The notes beneath the pieces are model-generated. The model was not told the origin of the DNA and searched no databases. It saw only the letters and a program-made list of their open reading frames with translations. Positions 1 through 13,692 of a DNA stretch of 64,000 bases are shown here, one piece after another. The position numbers were made by a program, and so were the translations under genes. How positions within the stretch are numbered: the stretch's first letter is position 1; each line of letters starts with the position of its first letter. Location of the stretch: NCBI GenBank assembly GCA_964016885.1, contig OZ024746.1:4030001-4094000 (forward strand), in the 5' to 3' direction. Origin of the DNA: Eledone cirrhosa. Taxonomy: Eukaryota.

Positions 1-72
1 TCGCCCGAGAAACAATTGTGATATGTCCAATAAATTCCTTTCGTCGCAACACTGATTCTCTTTTTTCTGTGA
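1..72 (+). mobile_element. 3' end of a Penelope-like/HHR element (family D), cut by the window edge
   Basis: GAAAC-aatt-GTG, then AATAAA, then (TA)n; matches the reverse complement of 40390-40464. Confidence 0.55.
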
Positions 73-95
73 TATATATATATATATATATAAAT

Positions 96-151
<56 letters not shown>

Positions 152-155
<4 letters not shown>

Positions 156-300
156 TAAAAATGAAAAATCAGTGATGCATCTGGACTCAGTTTATTGCGT
201 GTTACAATTGTTTCGCCGGCAGGTAGCTCGAGACATGATCAGTGTATGGATCTGGCTGATTCTACGGCTGCAGGTTCTTTCAGACACGGGCAGTTCGTTC
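152..300 (-). mobile_element. Family D-related element with a degenerate hammerhead motif
   Basis: Minus strand reads cgtgt-CTGAAAGA...GAAAC-aatt-GTA-acacg (stem I cgtgt/acacg), then AATAAA and (TA)n; the core has one extra A. Confidence 0.45.
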
Positions 301-315
301 GGAGAAAATTTTCTC

Positions 316-332
316 AGAGAGGGAGAGAGAGC

Positions 333-405
<73 letters not shown>

Positions 406-479
406 TGTGTGTGTGTGCGTGAGAGAGAGAGAGTGTGTGTGTGCGAGAGAGTGTGTGCGTGTGTGTGTGTGAGAGAGAG

Positions 480-517
<38 letters not shown>

Positions 518-578
518 TGTGTGCGTGTGTGTGTGTGAGAGAGAGAGAGAGTGTGTGTGAGAGAGTGTGTGAGAGAGA

Positions 579-613
<35 letters not shown>

Positions 614-799
614 TGTGTGCGTGTGTGTGTGTGAGAGAGAGAGAGAGTGTGTGTGAGAGAGTGTGTGCGTGTGTGTGTGTGAGAGAGAGAGGGAGAGAGA
701 GTGTGTGTGTGAGAGAGTGTGTGTGCGTGCGTGTGTGTATGTGTGTGTGAGAGAGAGAGAGAGAGAGAGCGTGTGTGTGTGTGTGAGAGAGAGTGTGCA

Positions 800-832
<33 letters not shown>
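316..832. repeat. Compound (GA)n/(GT)n microsatellite
   Basis: Directly visible. Confidence 0.95.
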
Positions 833-833
<1 letters not shown>

Positions 834-1027
834 GTGCACTCGCGCTTGTCAATTGACATATAAAGTATGTTATGTTCAGCTCAATTTCTGTTTGCAGTCA
901 TGTTATAAATATAAATCATTGTGTGTAACTTCTGAGTGATACACACATTCTGAGTGTGTGTATACACACACACACACACATTCTGAGTGTGTGTATACAC
1001 ACACACACACACACATTCTGCGGTCAG

Positions 1028-1066
<39 letters not shown>

Positions 1067-1451
1067 TTCTGAGGTCAGACATATATATATTCATACATCT
1101 ACATATATATATATGTATACACACACACACATATATATATAGCTCTATATTTATGCACAAACGAACATATCTTCATACACATACACAATATTAAGAGTTT
1201 CAACAACATACGCATATTATCTCTCTCTGACTGCATACCCCCCCCCCCCCCCATCTCTATGCACACACACACAAACACACGCACACTTACACACACACAT
1301 ACATACATACTTACATACACACACACACATACACACACGCATACACTCACATCCTCTATATGTGTGTGTGTGTATTATATACACAAACATGCATATTCAT
1401 GCACATACAAACAAACTTACTGGCGCTTACTTAGATACACACACACACAGC

Positions 1452-1490
<39 letters not shown>

Positions 1491-1641
1491 ATGTGTGTGT
1501 GTATGTGTGTGTGTATGTGTGTGTGTGTATGTGTGTGTGTGTGTGTGTGTGTATGTGTCTGTGTGGGTTATATACACAAACATATGTATATTCATGCACA
1601 TACAAACACATTCATTGGCGCTTATTTACACACGCACACAC

Positions 1642-1728
<87 letters not shown>

Positions 1729-2665
1729 TACATACATATACCTTAACTGACATCTAAAGTACACACATTGATAAAAAGTTTGCAGGAAAGTTCCTGAAAT
1801 ATCCCGCCATCTAATTAAGTAAATATGACCTTAAATTAACCCGAAAAGAAGGAATACGTAAGGAAAGATAACTCATCCTGTAACAAGACAGAAAACGATG
1901 ACAACAAAAGTAAAAATCAAAGAAATTATAGGAAAAACACGAAGAATGAAGACGTCTGTGTGTCTGTATTAGTGTAGATGTATATAGGTATATATATGTG
2001 AGGGTATGTATATGTATGTGAGTGTGTGTGTGTGTGAGTGTGTATGTGAGTGTGTGTGTCTGTATTAGTGTAGATGTATATAGGTATATGTGAGAGTCTG
2101 TATATATATGTGAGTGTGTGTGTGTGTGTGTGTGTGTGAGTGTGTGTGTGTGTGTGTCTGTATATGTATGTGAGTGTGTGTTTGTATGTGTGTGTCTCTG
2201 TGTGTGTTTGTGTGTGTGTGTGTGTGTGTGTCTGTATTAGTGTAGATGTATATAGGTGTATGTGAGGACCTATATATGTATGTTAATATATGTGTGTCTG
2301 TGTGTTTCTATTAGTGTACATGTATATAAGTATGTGTACAGGACTATGCATATGTTAATATTTGTGGATGTGTGTATGTGTACGTGTTAATATCTGTGTG
2401 TGTTGCGTCTATTAGTGTCTGTGTTGGTGCTTATGTGTATATGTACGTGTCTATGTACAGGCCTATATATATATATTTATATATATATATTTATATATAT
2501 ATATATGTTTGTGTATGTGTGTTCGCGTGAATTTGTGCGTGCGTGTATGTATTTGTGTTTATGTGTATATGTGTCTATGCACGGGCCTATATATGTATAT
2601 GTTAGTGTTTGTGTGTGTGTGTTCACGTGTATTTGTGTGTGTGTGTTCACGTGTGTGTGTGTGTT

Positions 2666-2714
<49 letters not shown>

Positions 2715-2804
2715 AAGAACAATTGATAAATGTTATAACTCTAGTTTTGATGATCTATAGCTTGTAGTGACTGGGAAATGGGGACGGCCGATTGAGGCAG
2801 AAGT

Positions 2805-3530
2805 GTATATATATATATACACACATACATATATACATACATACACACATACATATACATACAATCATACATACATACATACATACATACATAGATACAC
2901 ACATACATATACATACAATCATACATACATACATAGATACACACATACATACATACATACACACATACATACATACATACACACATACATATATACATAC
3001 ATACACACATACATATATATACGTACAATCATACATACATACATAGATACACACATACATACATACATACACACACACATACATACATACACACATACAT
3101 ACATACACACATACATACATACATACACACATACATATATACATTCATACACACATACATATATATACATACAATCATACATACATAGATACACACATAC
3201 ATACATACACACATACATACATACACATACATACATACACACATACATATATACATACATACACACATACATATATATACATACAATCATACATACATAC
3301 ATACATAGATGCACACATACATATACATACAATCATACATACATACATAGATACACACATACATACATACATACACACATACATACATACATACACACAT
3401 ACATATATACATACATACATACACACATACATATATATACGTACAATCATACATACATACATAGATACACACATACATACATACACACATACATACATAC
3501 ACACATACATACATACATACACACACACAT
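2805..3530. repeat. (TACA)n-derived degenerate microsatellite/minisatellite
   Basis: Recurrent acatacatac/tacaatcatac/catagatacac units; resumes at 4139-4440. Confidence 0.9.
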
Positions 3531-4138
3531 GGTGGCTGCCAACTCGTTTTCGAGTACGGCCACTACTTTATATCCATGTAGGAGAACCCCTACCGATGCG
3601 CTGAACAAGTGTGACTTTTTAGTCCAGCCAGCGACTTGAAAACTCTGGTACAAACACTACACTTGTGACAATTATTGACACATAGTGCTGGGCCCATGGT
3701 ACCATGTGACGACAAGTGCAGAAAGATCTCCAGATATAAAGCAATGCCTGTGCCGTGAAGCTTTTATAGTGAGCAAAGGCACTGCACAAAGCCAGTCCCA
3801 CTCTCTTAACCAAGATGATATTTACCAAAAAGAAGAACAAGTCAACATCATTGGATACCATCAGGGCTGCAGGTGTTATATCAGAGTTTTCCTTCTCCTA
3901 GAATTCTGCCTTGACAAAGGCTAAGGGGTCATCTCTCCCGGTGATTTTGGATGGCCATTGACTCTTAAGAGCTCCTTTGCCCTTTGACAGGTTTTGTTTT
4001 TAGTCCTGCAGGATGTCCAAAGTCACCCTCCTCACCAAGAAACCTTGGTGGGGTTGCCAGTTTAGTCGTCAACGACCCGACTATTGGACAGGTTGTACTG
4101 GAATACATGTTACCAGTAGCACCAACTGGTGACCTGAC
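3531..4138 (-). mobile_element. Non-autonomous bipartite RTE-like retroelement (~610 bp), copy 1
   Basis: Highly similar inverted copy at 55223-55830; RTE-5'UTR-like ctaggagaaggaaaactctg; 3' zinc-finger remnant; (ATGT)n on both sides. Confidence 0.7.
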
Positions 4139-4649
4139 ATACACACATACATACATACATACACACATACATATATACATTCATACACACATACATATAT
4201 ATACATACAATCATACATACATAGATACACACATACATACATACACACATACATACACACATACATACATACACACATACATATATACATACATACACAC
4301 ATACATATATATACATACAATCATACATACATACATACATAGATACACACATACATACACACACACATACATACATACACACATACATACATACACACAT
4401 ACATACAATCATACATATATGCATATATACATAATACATGCATAAATACATACATAAATGCATTACATACACACCACAAACACATACATATATATATAAT
4501 AACAAGTATGTATATTTTTTCTATTTATACGCCTTAGGGACTTCAAAATAACAGAAACATCTATAAAGAGTAAGGAGTGAGATTGGTAAAGTGGGAATAG
4601 TTATAAGAATATAAGAATATAGAGGATATATGTGTTACTGGCGGCCATA

Positions 4650-4966
4650 TTCTTTGTCTTAGTATTAGGAATCTTGAAAAAACTAAAATTATTGCCATTG
4701 GGCATCCTTTGGATCCGGCAACATATGTTCCATCTGAACAATGGAACAGCCTGCTCGTGAAATTAACGTGCAAGTGGCTGAGTATTTCACAGACATTTAA
4801 CGTTGTACTCAGGGAGACTCAGCGTGAGACTCTTTGAATTGCAGGTATAACTCTTTTGTAACCAGCGGAGTGAGATTGCGAAATAAAGTGTCTTGCTCGG
4901 GAATCGATCTTCGGACGTGCCAATCGATCGTGAACTAAATATCCCTAACCACTAATCCATGTGCCT
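4650..4966 (-). mobile_element. Diverged tRNA-derived SINE with CORE-like segment
   Basis: Minus strand: aggcacatggattagtggttaggg...gagcaagacactttatttc; related to 17575-17705, 49703-49950 and 58055-58178. Confidence 0.6.
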
Positions 4967-5023
4967 TCTCATTAAAATGATACACGCGAGCACAGGTCAA
5001 ATGTATATGACCCCCCCCCCCCC

Positions 5024-5056
<33 letters not shown>

Positions 5057-5080
5057 CATAATGATAATGATAATGATAAT

Positions 5081-5232
5081 GGTTTCTTATATAGGCACAA
5101 GGACAGCAATTTTTTGGGGGAGGGGAAAGTCGATTAAATCGACGCCAGTGTATTACTGGTACTTTATTTCATTGACCACGAAAGGATGAAGGGCAAAGTT
5201 GACCCCAGCAGGATTTGAACGTAGAATGTAAA
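5081..5232 (-). mobile_element. Nin/Deu-core SINE, partial and diverged
   Basis: tattactggtactttatt...aaggatgaagggcaaagttgacc...ggatttgaac. Confidence 0.75.
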
Positions 5233-5344
5233 ATAATAATAATAATATTATCGTCGTCGTCGTCATCATCATCATATTAATTATCATCAACATTTTAATC
5301 ATCATCATCATCATCATCATCATTATTATTATTATTATTATTAT

Positions 5345-7277
5345 TTGCATTTATCTTGCTTTATGTTTATACGAGTTATCACCAAGTCACAACCAGTGAC
5401 CTCAAGAGACAACAAGGTCCGCCATGTTCAAGAAAGAACACACATATTCACACATGCATCCTTAGTGTTTAGACTTGTGATGTACTTATATTGACAGGAT
5501 CTTCCTTAGTATATGGGCAGTTCCCATTAGTACTATCTTTTGTATTTCTCCTATACGCGGGTTTCCTGGGATTTGCGATAAGTAGTCGTTAGACCCCTTA
5601 GGTATCATTCCCAGAGCGCCTACAACCACTGGTATTGTTTTAGTTCTCAATTTCCACATTTTTCCAATTTCTATCTCCAGGTCCTTATACTTGCTCAATT
5701 TTTCAAATGTTTTTATAGATACATTCTTGTCTATTGGAACAGACATATCAATTAGCAGGCATACCCTCCTTTGAAAGTCCTTCAATATTATATCAGGTCT
5801 ATTTGCATCTATTTTTCGGTCTGTTTGGATTCTAAAGTTCCACAAGATTGAGATGTGATCTTTTTCAAGTATGGGAGGTGGTTGATGCTCCCACCAATTC
5901 TTTTGATGGGGCAGGTCAAAATGCTTACACATTATCCAATGTATGTATTGTGCAGCTCTGTCATGCCTGTTTAGGTATTCGGTTGGAGCTATAGGACTGC
6001 ACATTGAAATTATATGGTCAATGGTCTCTGGTTGTTTTTTGCATACACGGCATAGTGGGCTGCACCCATTTTTTATTATGTTGGCTTGGTAATTTTTTGT
6101 TGGCAGACACTGATCTTGTGCGGATATAATCAGTCCTTCAGTCTCCGATTTCAGTCCAGAGGATGCCAACCACTGATGGGTTAAAGTTTTGTCAACATCA
6201 GGATTGTTAGCTCGCTCTGGGTATTTTCCATACAGAGGCTTTTCTTGCCATTTCTTAGCCAGTTTCTGTAGCAGTTCTTTCTTTGCAGTTACTTTTACCT
6301 GCTTTGCTTTTTCTGTGTTTTCCATTTCAGCAGTAAATGGGACTTCTGAAATTTGTAGTCCATTACTGTATCTTTGTGCATCTTTTGTAATGGAATATGA
6401 TCTTTTGGTGCTTTCGTGTTTCAAAACGAGTTTGATCATCCAATCATGTGATTCCCTTAGATATGTGGATAATCCAATTGTTGCAGTTTTCAACGCAATG
6501 TCTAACTGGATTAACCCACGTCCTCCTTCTTTCCTAGGGAGATATATTCTATCTATGTCTGCCTTAGGGTGATGCATTCTGTGCATGGTTAAGAATTTTC
6601 GGATTTTTGTATCGAGCCTATGGATCTCTGTGCTTGACCAGTTGATGACATTGTAACTGTAGGTTACTACTGGTATGGCAAGCGTGTTTATGGCATCGAT
6701 CCTATTCCTTGCATTCAATTCCGTTCTTAAGATTGCTCTGACTCTGCGGTAACATTCCTTCCTTATCCTTTCCCTCATTGTCGAGTGCTTGATTCCGTCT
6801 CCTTCACAAACACCTTGATATTTGTAAGTTTGTTCTTGATCAAGCTCTCTTATCACGTTCCCCCGATCAAGATTAATGTCTGAACTCTTCAGCAGCTTTC
6901 CTCTGGTGAACGTTGCTTTGGCGCATTTATCCAGTCCAAACTCCATTTTAATGTCATCACTGAACTGCTTCACAGTGGATAATAGCCCTTGCAATTGTTC
7001 ATCATTTTTTGCAAATAGTTTCAGGTCATCCATGTAGAACAGGTGATTAATGGTTTTGTCATAGACTCTATATCCATGTTTTGTTTCATTGAGCATTTTA
7101 CTTAATGGTATAAGTGCGATGCAGAATAAAAGCGGTGATAAAGAGTCACCCTGAAAAATTCCACAATTAATGTTAACTTCTCCAGCTTCCAGTGATTTTG
7201 TTTCACTATTCAAAAGGAGTGTCGTTCTCCATGTCCTCATACTGAATGACAAAAACCTCCTGACAACGGGGGATATT
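5345..7277 (-). mobile_element. 5'-truncated Dong/R4-clade non-LTR retrotransposon in a (TAA)n tract
   Basis: RT-RLE ORF plus ~140 bp 3' UTR; (TAA)n tracts at both junctions (5322-5344 and 7278-7328). Confidence 0.85.
5486..7277 (-). CDS. Reverse transcriptase C-terminal half + CCHC zinc knuckle + restriction-like endonuclease (truncated, no native start)
   Basis: GIFQGDSLSP, LFYMDDLKLF, RKEGGRGL, CRVC-x8-H-x4-C, RHD, RPDII...IDMSVP...K..KY; no internal stops. Confidence 0.9.
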
Positions 7278-7327
7278 TTATTATTATTATTATTATCATT
7301 ATTATTATTATTATTCTTATTATTATT

Positions 7328-7420
7328 AACTTTGCCTTTCATCCTTCCGGGGTCGATAGAATAAAGTACCAGTAATGCATTGGGTAATTGCTGGCCTTGT
7401 GCCAAAAGTAGAAACAATTA
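7328..7420 (+). mobile_element. Nin/Deu-core SINE, 3' half
   Basis: aactttgcctttcatccttccggggtcgata...ggccttgtgccaaaagtagaaacaatt. Confidence 0.85.
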
Positions 7421-8134
7421 TTATTATTATTATTATTTAACATGTTTACCTTTATCCTTAGTCCTTGTAATTCTACACATTTCTCACCATTTGGAGTTAT
7501 CACGTTAACGGTATTCTCGTGTGTGTTATAGTTCTATTACCGCCAATGACTAAATATTAAAGCAAGGTATGACATTTCAATTTTGTCCTACTAACATTTC
7601 CGTGGGTTGACCAGATTCATTTGTAGACATGGCAACTATTAACTGAACGGAAATAGATCGTTTCTTCTGGTGTCAGCGGTGTAGAACAATATCTAATCGA
7701 TGATCTGACATTTGACCAAGGCAGACAATTAAACAATTATGAAAGCATAGACTATCATCTCGATATAATGACGTTTTACTTGGCAGAAATGTTGATTGTT
7801 AAAAATGGCCTCCAGACAGAATTTTATGAATTTCTCTATATGCACTTGTTTATTATAATTGTTTTCATGTATTTACCAAACCAATTTCTGCGAATATGAC
7901 GGTTCAATAACTTCTACCAACATATATACATTTATATATATATATGAATACAGATATTGTCATATTTGGGGAGAGTTATGTTATCCTAATATTGCCAAAA
8001 ATAATAAAACACGCTCACTGTTTGGTTTGGTTTTCGCTTCAGTATATTTTTATATTTCTATAAATAATTTAGCTGGCAATCAATGTTTATCATTGATTGA
8101 CCAACAGTTATAAATATAAATATAAATATAAATA

Positions 8135-9200
8135 TGATGTCTCAAAGTTTTTTCGTCACACATTCATGTAACATCTTCAGGGATTATCGCCGTGTATATT
8201 TTGTATGTTGATTCTACACGGGTGTTCATTGAATGTTGTTTCCATACTGAGTATGTGAGACCCATTAGTTGCATTAACCCCTCTCTACTAGCCAATATTC
8301 ACAACAGGGTTTGAAGGGTAGCAAAGATTAGATATGGAATGTGGAGCCTGAAATCGGCTGAATCTGTTACTAATCATTTTCCCTCCAGCCATTCTCTTAT
8401 CGGATTTTTTCTCTGACAGTTCTCAGTTGTTGGAGGGTGATCAATCTGTGTTGAAGTGTTCTCCTTGTACTGCTTCCCAACATCATGTCTATTATGTTTT
8501 TCACTCTTTGTTGGGAGGAGTGTAGTGTGTTTGTTTGTGTTTACATATGATAAGCATTGTAACATGACAGAAAGTTTGAAACACAAATTAATCTCTGTTT
8601 GGAAAATGTCGCTAAATGAATATTTTAACTGTTTATACTCTTCACTTTCATCACTTATCGTTGTCGGTATTTTGTTGTAGGTGGTTAAAGTGAGATATAT
8701 CAATTGAAATATAGTCCATTGTAACACGTCGTGTCAAATTTCTAGGTGATAGGGCTGTTTCAAAAAACAGTCTGTGTATTGCTGTTGTTTGTTGTTGATG
8801 GTTGAATTGGCTACAAGAAACCCTAGTAACATGGCGGTCTGTTGTAACACTTGTTGATTGCATATTGTTATTTGTAAGGGTTCCACATTCTCATTATTGT
8901 TTTGAATAATGTTTATGTTATTTTCACGCTCGACAAACGTTGCTTGTCGTAATTGTTTGGCTTTGAAATAATTTAGTTCTGGGTGAAGTTCGTCGCATTG
9001 TAGCTTCCTTTTGTTTATATAGCCAACACAGGGATCATTTTTGCTATTTTATAATAATTATATAGCTCGTTACTGTTCGTAGCCTGTAGTTTCATGATTA
9101 GTCAAAGTATGGTGTGGTCGTAGTGACCATGTTTTACATTTTCTGTCTACATCCGTGTATATTTCTGAGTGTGAATTGTAATTAAGATAGAATGAGAGAT
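8135..9200 (-). mobile_element. Probable degenerate Penelope-like element with a 3' hammerhead remnant
   Basis: Minus strand CTGAAGA-t-gttac...gtgac-GAAA at ~8150-8180; weak upstream motifs IYTDVDRK and GKQYKENTST. Confidence 0.4.
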
Positions 9201-9367
9201 ATAAAGAGAGGCGTTTTAACTACTTAAATAATATTTTGATAATATTGTGAATGTGCTGTTATTCATCGAATACTTTCATGAAACTCTACCCACGAATGCA
9301 TATGTTTAGTCGCCATGTATTTTAAATAACATATATATATATATATACGTACACACACACACACACG

Positions 9368-9504
<137 letters not shown>

Positions 9505-9588
9505 GCATACCTATACATATACATACGATACATATGTATATATAAATATGTAAGCGCATAATCTCTCTCTCTCTCCTCCTCTCTCTCT

Positions 9589-9673
<85 letters not shown>

Positions 9674-10304
9674 ATATATATAAATATATATATATATAGA
9701 GAGAGAGAGAGGGAGAGAGAGAAAGAGAGAGAGGGGAAAAATATAAATATATACATATATATATATATAACATTATGTATATCAGTATATGTCTATATGT
9801 ACCAAATTATGACTAAACACTTATCTCTAACCAAGACTGCTAACCTTTATGTGTTTGATCAATGTTCTCTGTGTATCATAATTCCTGTTTGATTTCCCCC
9901 TTTTGTTCTTAATGAACGTTAATGAGATTAACACATTCTAAGACTGTTAAAATGCTTTAATAAACGTTCCTTTGATGTTTAAATTTCATTCACTTTTCAC
10001 TAAGGTTTTAGAAGTTTTGAGTGCTTTTCAATGTTTAGTGCAGTGCTGTAGACGTTTTTAATGTCTTCACACGAAACGACTGCAGATCAGTTGTTTCACA
10101 TTCTGGCATCTTTAGAAAAGGTATTCAACCTCTCTCCCTATTATTCCCTTTCTTTTGTTGAATGTCTTGTAGCATGGAATTCTAGCAAGGAAATACCATG
10201 GGCTATAAAATTCCAATATGGAAGTATATAGGCCAAGTGAGGTAAATATAAATTAACATATTTATGTTTGGCTGATATTTCTAGCAGATCGAGCCAACAA
10301 ATAT

Positions 10305-10460
10305 AATTGTTTCTACCTTTGGCACAAGGCCAGCAATAACCCAGTGTATTACTGGTACTTATTTTATCGACCCCGTAAGGATGAAAGGCAAAGTTAACCT
10401 CGGCGGGATTTGAACTTAGATCGTAAATGGACGTAACTATGCTGGAAAGCATGTCCGCCC
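10305..10460 (-). mobile_element. Nin/Deu-core SINE
   Basis: Matches the family exemplified by 57032-57221. Confidence 0.85.
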
Positions 10461-11017
10461 TCTACAATTATAATGAATTAAATGTGGTGTCGTGTCAATG
10501 AGCAATATACACAAAGAGTTCATGTAGTCCTAGGTAGACAATAACGCATCATTCTTAGGTCGGTTCGATAAAGGTTGGCAAGTGGATGTATAACAATAAC
10601 AACAACTGCAACTGAAGAAAGAGTTGACTCACTGCGGAAGTCTCTAAATGGTCGCGTTACCTGCTAGAAATAACAGTCAAATCTCACGCAAATCACACCC
10701 TCCCGCCTAGAAAAATAAAATGTGACATAACCACGGTTAGAGCATTGTTAATCATAATTTTACTAGATCGAAGCTTTTAGGAGGATGAAGAAAATCAAGT
10801 GAAGGTAGAGAGACAGAGAACAATCTGTGAATAGAATCTTATATATCAATCAATACATGAGCTTCAGAGTTCATGAGAATATCAGAATATTCCAGTAGCT
10901 AGATGCCTTAATTAATATTAATATTGGTAGTATATATAATATAGCTCTAACAAGAAGGTAGACAATATTAATTACTGTTAATATTGGTATATATGATATA
11001 GATCACATTGTTGTGTA

Positions 11018-11191
11018 GTAGACCTGCCAACCTTTAAAAACCCAAAAGGGGAGTACCATGAAAAAGAAAAAAAAATGCCCCCAAAACGGGAAGAAGTGAG
11101 GCAAAATGGGGAGATTTTACATAATGAAAGCTATACCGATTTTCACATGAGAAGAATCTCCCTATCGGACAGGGAGAGTTGACAAGTCTGG
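11018..11191. mobile_element. Short MITE (hAT-like termini)
   Basis: Imperfect terminal inverted repeats agacctgccaac ... gttgacaagtct. Confidence 0.5.
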
Positions 11192-11459
11192 ACTAGTAGG
11201 AATAATAAATAAATGACAGTGTCATTGAAACACTGACTTTTAACAAGTCTTATCTAAGTCTAGTTTAACACCTGTCTCAGGCTGGTCAGGTCGGCTGCTT
11301 ATCTCGGTGTTGTGGCGTGAAGCGACTGAGGGTACAAGACTCCTCCCTGGATAGGACACCAGGTAATAATGACATACTTAATTTTCGATAATCTGGTGAT
11401 ACGAAATGTTTTCACTGTTTTATTGATTAGGCCGGGAGATGGGGGACCTGCGGCCTTCC

Positions 11460-13692
11460 ATGCCATTCTATGTGGTCTCCTATACCATTCTATGTGGTCT
11501 CCTATACCATTCTATGTGGTCTCCTATACCATTCTATGTGGTCTCCTATACCATTCTATGTAACCTCCTATACCATTCTATGTTGTCTTCTATACCATTC
11601 TATGTGGTCTCCTATACCATTCTATGTAACCTCCTATACAATTCTATGTAACCTCCTATACCATTCTATGTGGTCTCCTATACCATTCTATGTGGTCTCC
11701 TATACCATTCTATGTGGTCTCCTATACCATTCTATGTGGTCTCCTATACCATTCTATGTAACCTCCTATACCATTCTATGTGGTCTCCTATACCATTCTA
11801 TGTGGTCTCCTATACCATTCTATGTAACCTCCTATACCATTCTATGTTGTCTTCTATACCATTCTATGTGGTCTCCTATACCATTCTATGTAACCTCCTA
11901 TACAATTCTATGTAACCTCCTATACCATTCTATGTGGTCTCCTATACCATTCTATGTGGTCTCCTATACCATTCTATGTGGTCTCCTATACCATTCTATG
12001 TGGTCTCCTATACCATTCTATGTAACCTCCTATACCATTCTATGTGGTCTCCTATACCATTCTATGTGGTCTCCTATACCATTCTATGTAACCTCCTATA
12101 CCATTCTATGTGGTCTCCTATACCATTCTATGTAACCTCCTATACCATTCTATGTAACCTCCTATACCATTCTATGTGGTCTCCTATACCATTCTATGTG
12201 GTCTCCTATACCATTCTATGTGGTCTCCTATACCATTCTATGTAACCTCCTATACCATTCTATGTGGTCTCCTATACCATTCTATGTGGTCTCCTATACC
12301 ATTCTATGTGGTCTCCTATACCATTCTATGTAACCTCCTATACCATTCTATGTGGTCTCCTATACCATTCTATGTAACCTCCTATACCATTCTATGTAAC
12401 CTCCTATACCATTCTATGTGGTCTCCTATACCATTCTATCTGGTCTCCTATACCATTCTATGTGGCCTCCTATACCATTCTATCTGGTCTCCTATACCAT
12501 TCTATGTGGTCTCCTATACCATTCTATGTAACCTCCTATACCATTCTATGTGGTCTCCTATACCATTCTATGTGGTCTCCTATACCATTCTATGTGGTCT
12601 CCTATGCCATTCTATGTGGTCTCCTATACCATTCTATGTGGTCTCCTATACCATTCTATGTGGTCTCCTATACCATTCTATGTGGTCTCCTATACCATTC
12701 TATGTGGTCTCCTATGCCATTCTATCTGGTCTCCTATACCATTCTATGTGGTCTCCTATACCATTCTATCTGGTCTCCTATACCATTCTATGTGACCTCC
12801 TATACCATTCTATCTGGTCTCCTATACCATTCTATCTGGTCTCCTATACCATTCTATGTGACCTCCTATACCATTCTATGTGGTCTCCTATACCATTCTA
12901 TGTGGTCTCCTATACCATTCTATCTGGTCTCCTATACCATTCTATGTGGTCTCCTATACCATTCTATCTGGTCTCCTATACCATTCTATGTGACCTCCTA
13001 TACCATTCTATCTGGTCTCCTATACCATTCTATGTGACCTCCTATGCCATTCTATGTGGTCTCCTATACCATTCTATGTGGTCTCCTATACCATTCTATG
13101 TGGTCTCCTATACCATTTTATCTGGTCTCCTATACCATTCTATGTGGTCTCCTATACCATTCTATATGGTCTCCTATACCATTCTATCTGGTCTCCTATA
13201 CCATTCTATGTGACCTCCTATACCATTCTATCTGGTCTCCTATACCATTCTATCTGGTCTCCTATACCATTCTATGTGACCTCCTATACCATTCTATCTG
13301 GTCTCCTATACCATTCTATGTGACCTCCTATGCCATTCTATGTGGTCTCCTATACCATTCTATGTGGTCTCCTATACCATTCTATCTGGTCTCCTATACC
13401 ATTCTATGTGGTCTCCTATGCCATTCTATCTGGTCTCCTATACCATTCTATGTGGTCTCCTATACCATTCTATCTGGTCTCCTATACCATTCTATGTGAC
13501 CTCCTATACCATTCTATCTGGTCTCCTATACCATTCTATCTGGTCTCCTATACCATTCTATGTGACCTCCTATACCATTCTATCTAGTCTCCTATACCAT
13601 TCTATGTGACCTCCTATGCCATTCTATGTGGTCTCCTATACCATTCTATGTGGTCTCCTATACCATTCTATCTGGTCTCCTATACCATTCTG
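11460..13692. repeat. 22-bp tandem satellite, ~100 copies (ccattctatgtggtctcctata)
   Basis: Directly visible; variant monomers taacc/tgacc/tatctggt. Confidence 0.98.

Noticed and set aside
172-3530. Many long ORFs (HT/CV/YI/ER-rich)
   Set aside because: Translations of di- and tetranucleotide microsatellites; the same applies to similar ORFs across the window
7278-7417. N-terminal extension of the 643-aa ORF
   Set aside because: Read-through into a (TAA)n tract and an antisense SINE; not part of the retroelement protein
11460-13692. CRISPR-like array or repetitive protein (221-345 aa ORFs)
   Set aside because: Head-to-tail 22-mers with no unique spacers and no cas genes; the ORFs result from stop-free monomers
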